Positions 61,406 to 64,000 of a stretch of DNA of 64,000 bases are shown piece by piece. Origin of the DNA: Deltaproteobacteria bacterium (lineage in GTDB: Bacteria > UBA10199 > SPLOWO2-01-44-7); the NCBI GenBank assembly GCA_023265595.1, contig JAHFSU010000004.1, positions 1,667 through 65,666 of the forward strand, written 5' to 3'. The position numbers and the translations under genes are program-made. Each line of letters begins with the position of its first letter. The stretch's first letter is position 1. The notes below the pieces were generated by a model that worked only from the letters and a program-made list of their open reading frames with translations, searched no databases and was not told the DNA's origin.

Positions 61406-63786
61406 TTACAGCAACGAACATTTTTTTGGGGGTGGGGCCGGCGATTTATTCTGATCCACTGTTGGCCTCCGAAGTATTGACAGCGGTCCTTCCGGAAAAT
61501 CTGGGGGCCGATGCCTTTGTGCTGGCGGAGGCTTATACAGAAATCGATCCCAAAACGGGCACAAAATTAAAAGAGCTTCTGAAGGAGCATGCTCAATTCT
61601 TGCGCGATGGACTTGAGTTCAACACCGGCGGCACGCCGAAAAATATGTTGGCTTCTTGGATTCGGGAAACAGATCCCGGCATCTGGAGAGCAGTTCTTGA
61701 AAAAGCAAAAAAGCACACATGGGCCTTTCAAAGAGGTTGGCTGAACACCGCAATTTCTCCTCACGCTATTTTTTGCGCCGTCGCCTGTAGGAATCATCAC
61801 CGCAAACCCATTGAAGAGCTGCTCCCGGGCGCGGATCATCCCACCTTGCAGGATTGGCTCCATCTCAAAGTTGAAGAGGAGTTTACGATTCCAGCAGAGC
61901 TTATTCTGGATGAGCTGACGCAAAACTTCAGAAGTTATTTTGCCACACTTTTAAAACCGGCTATTTATTTGGACCATGCAACGGCACAATATCAAGAATA
62001 CTGCCAAATTTTAAAATCGCTCGGATTCACCTCTCTTGACGGGATCACCCTATTATCTGAAATAGAAAAACAGGCCGGCTTGGCGATCCCGAAAAAAGTG
62101 ACGCCCTTGGATAATGAAAATGTGGCGCAAGCGATACAATTTTTAACCCAGTTAATTTCTTCCGGATTTGCGGCAGTGCTATTTAATGAAGCAGACTTGG
62201 AGATTGTTCTGGCGATGATGCACGATGCAGCATCAACGGCCGTCGCCTATGAAGAGGTTGAAAAATATGGGCCGATTCGCTGCCATGTTTCCCTCTTGCA
62301 GAGAGATTTAAAATGGGAAGACCTATTGAAAATCCCCGAATCCCGGCGCGCCAATTTGCAGACGCAAATACTGGTGGTATCTCTTCCAAATGGAGATATT
62401 CTGAAAGGCTACGCGCTCCATCTCTATCAATCGGTCTTTGATGGAAAGCGGCGCCTGTTCTTTTCCAGAATTGAACCGCTACGAATGAAATCATGGTGGC
62501 ACACAAGCCCCGTGCAAGGCTTCATCGAAAAAGCAATGACCGCCGTTTTGGAGGAGGTCATGGAGAGGATGGGTGCAAAATCGCTCCATGCCCTCAGAGA
62601 GTCGGACATTCCCAACTGGATGCATGGGTCAATACCGATCACTCATGCCTTGGATGCCGATTTCAAATCGGAACAAATCAGCGTATGGGAACATCCCTAC
62701 CATTCTTTTTTCAAACCGGGGGATGGTTCCCATGAGGCGATGCGGGTTGTTGATGGGGCCACGCTGGCCATGCTCAATCCGTGGGTTGGGTTGCGAAACG
62801 ATCGCTTTGCCGCTGATCTTTTGTTGCGCGAGATCGATCCGAATCCCGATTTTCAAGACTCATCACAATATCTTTTTGGATTTTCAACCGGCACCGGCCG
62901 CTCGGTTGATTACGCCATCGACTACACTGGCCCCGATGGAACCCATTGGCATCACCTCAATGCAATCGGCGTCGGCAAAACCGAGAAGGCCCGCACCGGG
63001 GTAGAAAATCGCGACGGACTTTTGCCGCTGGAAGGAGCCAAAAAGCGATTCTATTTTTCCAATCTGATGCATTATCTCGGTTTAAGGACATCGCTGGCCA
63101 TCGCTGTCGTTGATCGCAAGCAAATCCGCGAAGATGGAGAGAAAAGCCCCGGCATCCCGCAAACGCAGGCGACCCTTTACGAACTGCGCCGCGAACAACT
63201 GCGGCTGGATGATCTGGAGAAACTCGACGCCGCCATATTCGCACTGGATCGCATCAAACCAAAACATGCCCGGGATATGGGGAAAACAAACATGAGCGAT
63301 GAGGAATATGTCACATGGCTTGCCCAAACACTCGGAGAACAGTTCGCCATCATGGAATATTTCGGTTTCGACCACGGCATCATCGAAGGGGCCGCGCAAC
63401 TGCATCCGGGAAATATAGGTCTCGACGGATCGATTTACGACTTTGACTCGGCGCGACTTACCCGAAACAGAGAAACACTCCATGAACGCTACGAAAACGG
63501 CAAGGAGATAGTCAGCCGAAGAATGATTTGGGCATGGGAACAGGAATGGCGGAACAGCCGGTCACCCAAAAGTTGGCTGGGTCACCTTCTCCATCTCGCT
63601 CCGAACATCGATTTTTATGACATCATGACCCGCGCCGAACAGGAGAAAAAAGAGGCGCTTCAAAAAAGCGTCCCGGACCCCAAAGCAAAAATCCACGAAT
63701 TTAATGTGAACTATTGGAACCCCTACATGCGGGGATTGAGACAGATGTTAGCTGTTAACATATGCTCCTTGATGGGGGTGGGTTAG
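61402..63786 (+). CDS. large orphan protein with a C-terminal SelO/YdiU-like domain (paralogue 2)
   Basis: Clear similarity to paralogue 1 at the N- and C-termini; ATGA overlap; MHYLG, GFDHG, GNIGLDGSIYDFD. Confidence 0.75.
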   Translation: MITATNIFLGVGPAIYSDPLLASEVLTAVLPENLGADAFVLAEAYTEIDPKTGTKLKELLKEHAQFLRDGLEFNTGGTPKNMLASWIRETDPGIWRAVLEKAKKHTWAFQRGWLNTAISPHAIFCAVACRNHHRKPIEELLPGADHPTLQDWLHLKVEEEFTIPAELILDELTQNFRSYFATLLKPAIYLDHATAQYQEYCQILKSLGFTSLDGITLLSEIEKQAGLAIPKKVTPLDNENVAQAIQFLTQLISSGFAAVLFNEADLEIVLAMMHDAASTAVAYEEVEKYGPIRCHVSLLQRDLKWEDLLKIPESRRANLQTQILVVSLPNGDILKGYALHLYQSVFDGKRRLFFSRIEPLRMKSWWHTSPVQGFIEKAMTAVLEEVMERMGAKSLHALRESDIPNWMHGSIPITHALDADFKSEQISVWEHPYHSFFKPGDGSHEAMRVVDGATLAMLNPWVGLRNDRFAADLLLREIDPNPDFQDSSQYLFGFSTGTGRSVDYAIDYTGPDGTHWHHLNAIGVGKTEKARTGVENRDGLLPLEGAKKRFYFSNLMHYLGLRTSLAIAVVDRKQIREDGEKSPGIPQTQATLYELRREQLRLDDLEKLDAAIFALDRIKPKHARDMGKTNMSDEEYVTWLAQTLGEQFAIMEYFGFDHGIIEGAAQLHPGNIGLDGSIYDFDSARLTRNRETLHERYENGKEIVSRRMIWAWEQEWRNSRSPKSWLGHLLHLAPNIDFYDIMTRAEQEKKEALQKSVPDPKAKIHEFNVNYWNPYMRGLRQMLAVNICSLMGVG

Positions 63787-63839
63787 GGAGGGGGAAAAGT
63801 AAGAAAAATTTAAGTGACGAATTCTGGGCACTTTTCTAG

Positions 63840-63866
63840 GCAACTTATTTTGTGATCTGCCGATAA
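63840..63866 (+). promoter_or_regulatory. sigma-28-like promoter motif copy (GCAAC-N14-GCCGATAA)
   Basis: Exact FliA -10 box upstream of the GAGGG RBS and ATG at 63883. Confidence 0.7.
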
Positions 63867-63882
63867 CTTAACGAGGGTATCT

Positions 63883-64000
63883 ATGAGTATGAATATTTCC
63901 AGTTCTCAGATGCTTTTTGGGCTTCCGGCAAATCTATTTGCCACCCAGCCGGAGTTGGCCGCGGCTGCCTTGGCGGCAACGCCTCCACAACGACTGGGGT
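63883..64000 (+). CDS. probable third paralogue (5' end only)
   Basis: MSMNISSSQMLFGLPANLFATQPELAAAALAATPPQRLG aligns with the N-termini of the two upstream proteins. Confidence 0.65.
   Translation, partial: MSMNISSSQMLFGLPANLFATQPELAAAALAATPPQRLG

Overview
This is a gene-dense bacterial chromosomal window of moderate GC. Gene content suggests an uncultured deltaproteobacterial or Bdellovibrionota-like lineage (inference). The core genes are eno, rimI, miaA, mutL, plsB, metH, comM, TolC/RND efflux, addAB-like, gshA, dksA, dciA-like, tsaC, purD, purH, hppD, hmgA, mlaDEF, alr and tRNA-Gln(CTG), plus two toxin-antitoxin pairs (VapBC-like and MNT-HEPN). Four less ordinary layers are visible. (1) A tandem array of large orphan paralogues at the right end shares an N-terminal module; the two complete copies end in a divergent SelO/YdiU-like (AMPylase pseudokinase) domain. 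(2) A bipartite motif, GCAAC-N14-G(A/C)CGA(T/A)(A/G)A, resembling a sigma-28 promoter occurs seven times, always just upstream of orphan genes, including two of those paralogues. (3) A RAYT-type HUH transposase with a sigma-54 promoter lies in a 6 kb stretch carrying 14 copies of the octamer GTCCGTCT, most of them inside genes. (4) Several palindromic repeat families are present, with copies read in frame inside mutL, metH, purH, rimI and probably addA, and a 605-bp non-coding nested-palindrome element that shares its core with the mutL insert. All calls come from manual reading; no searches were run.
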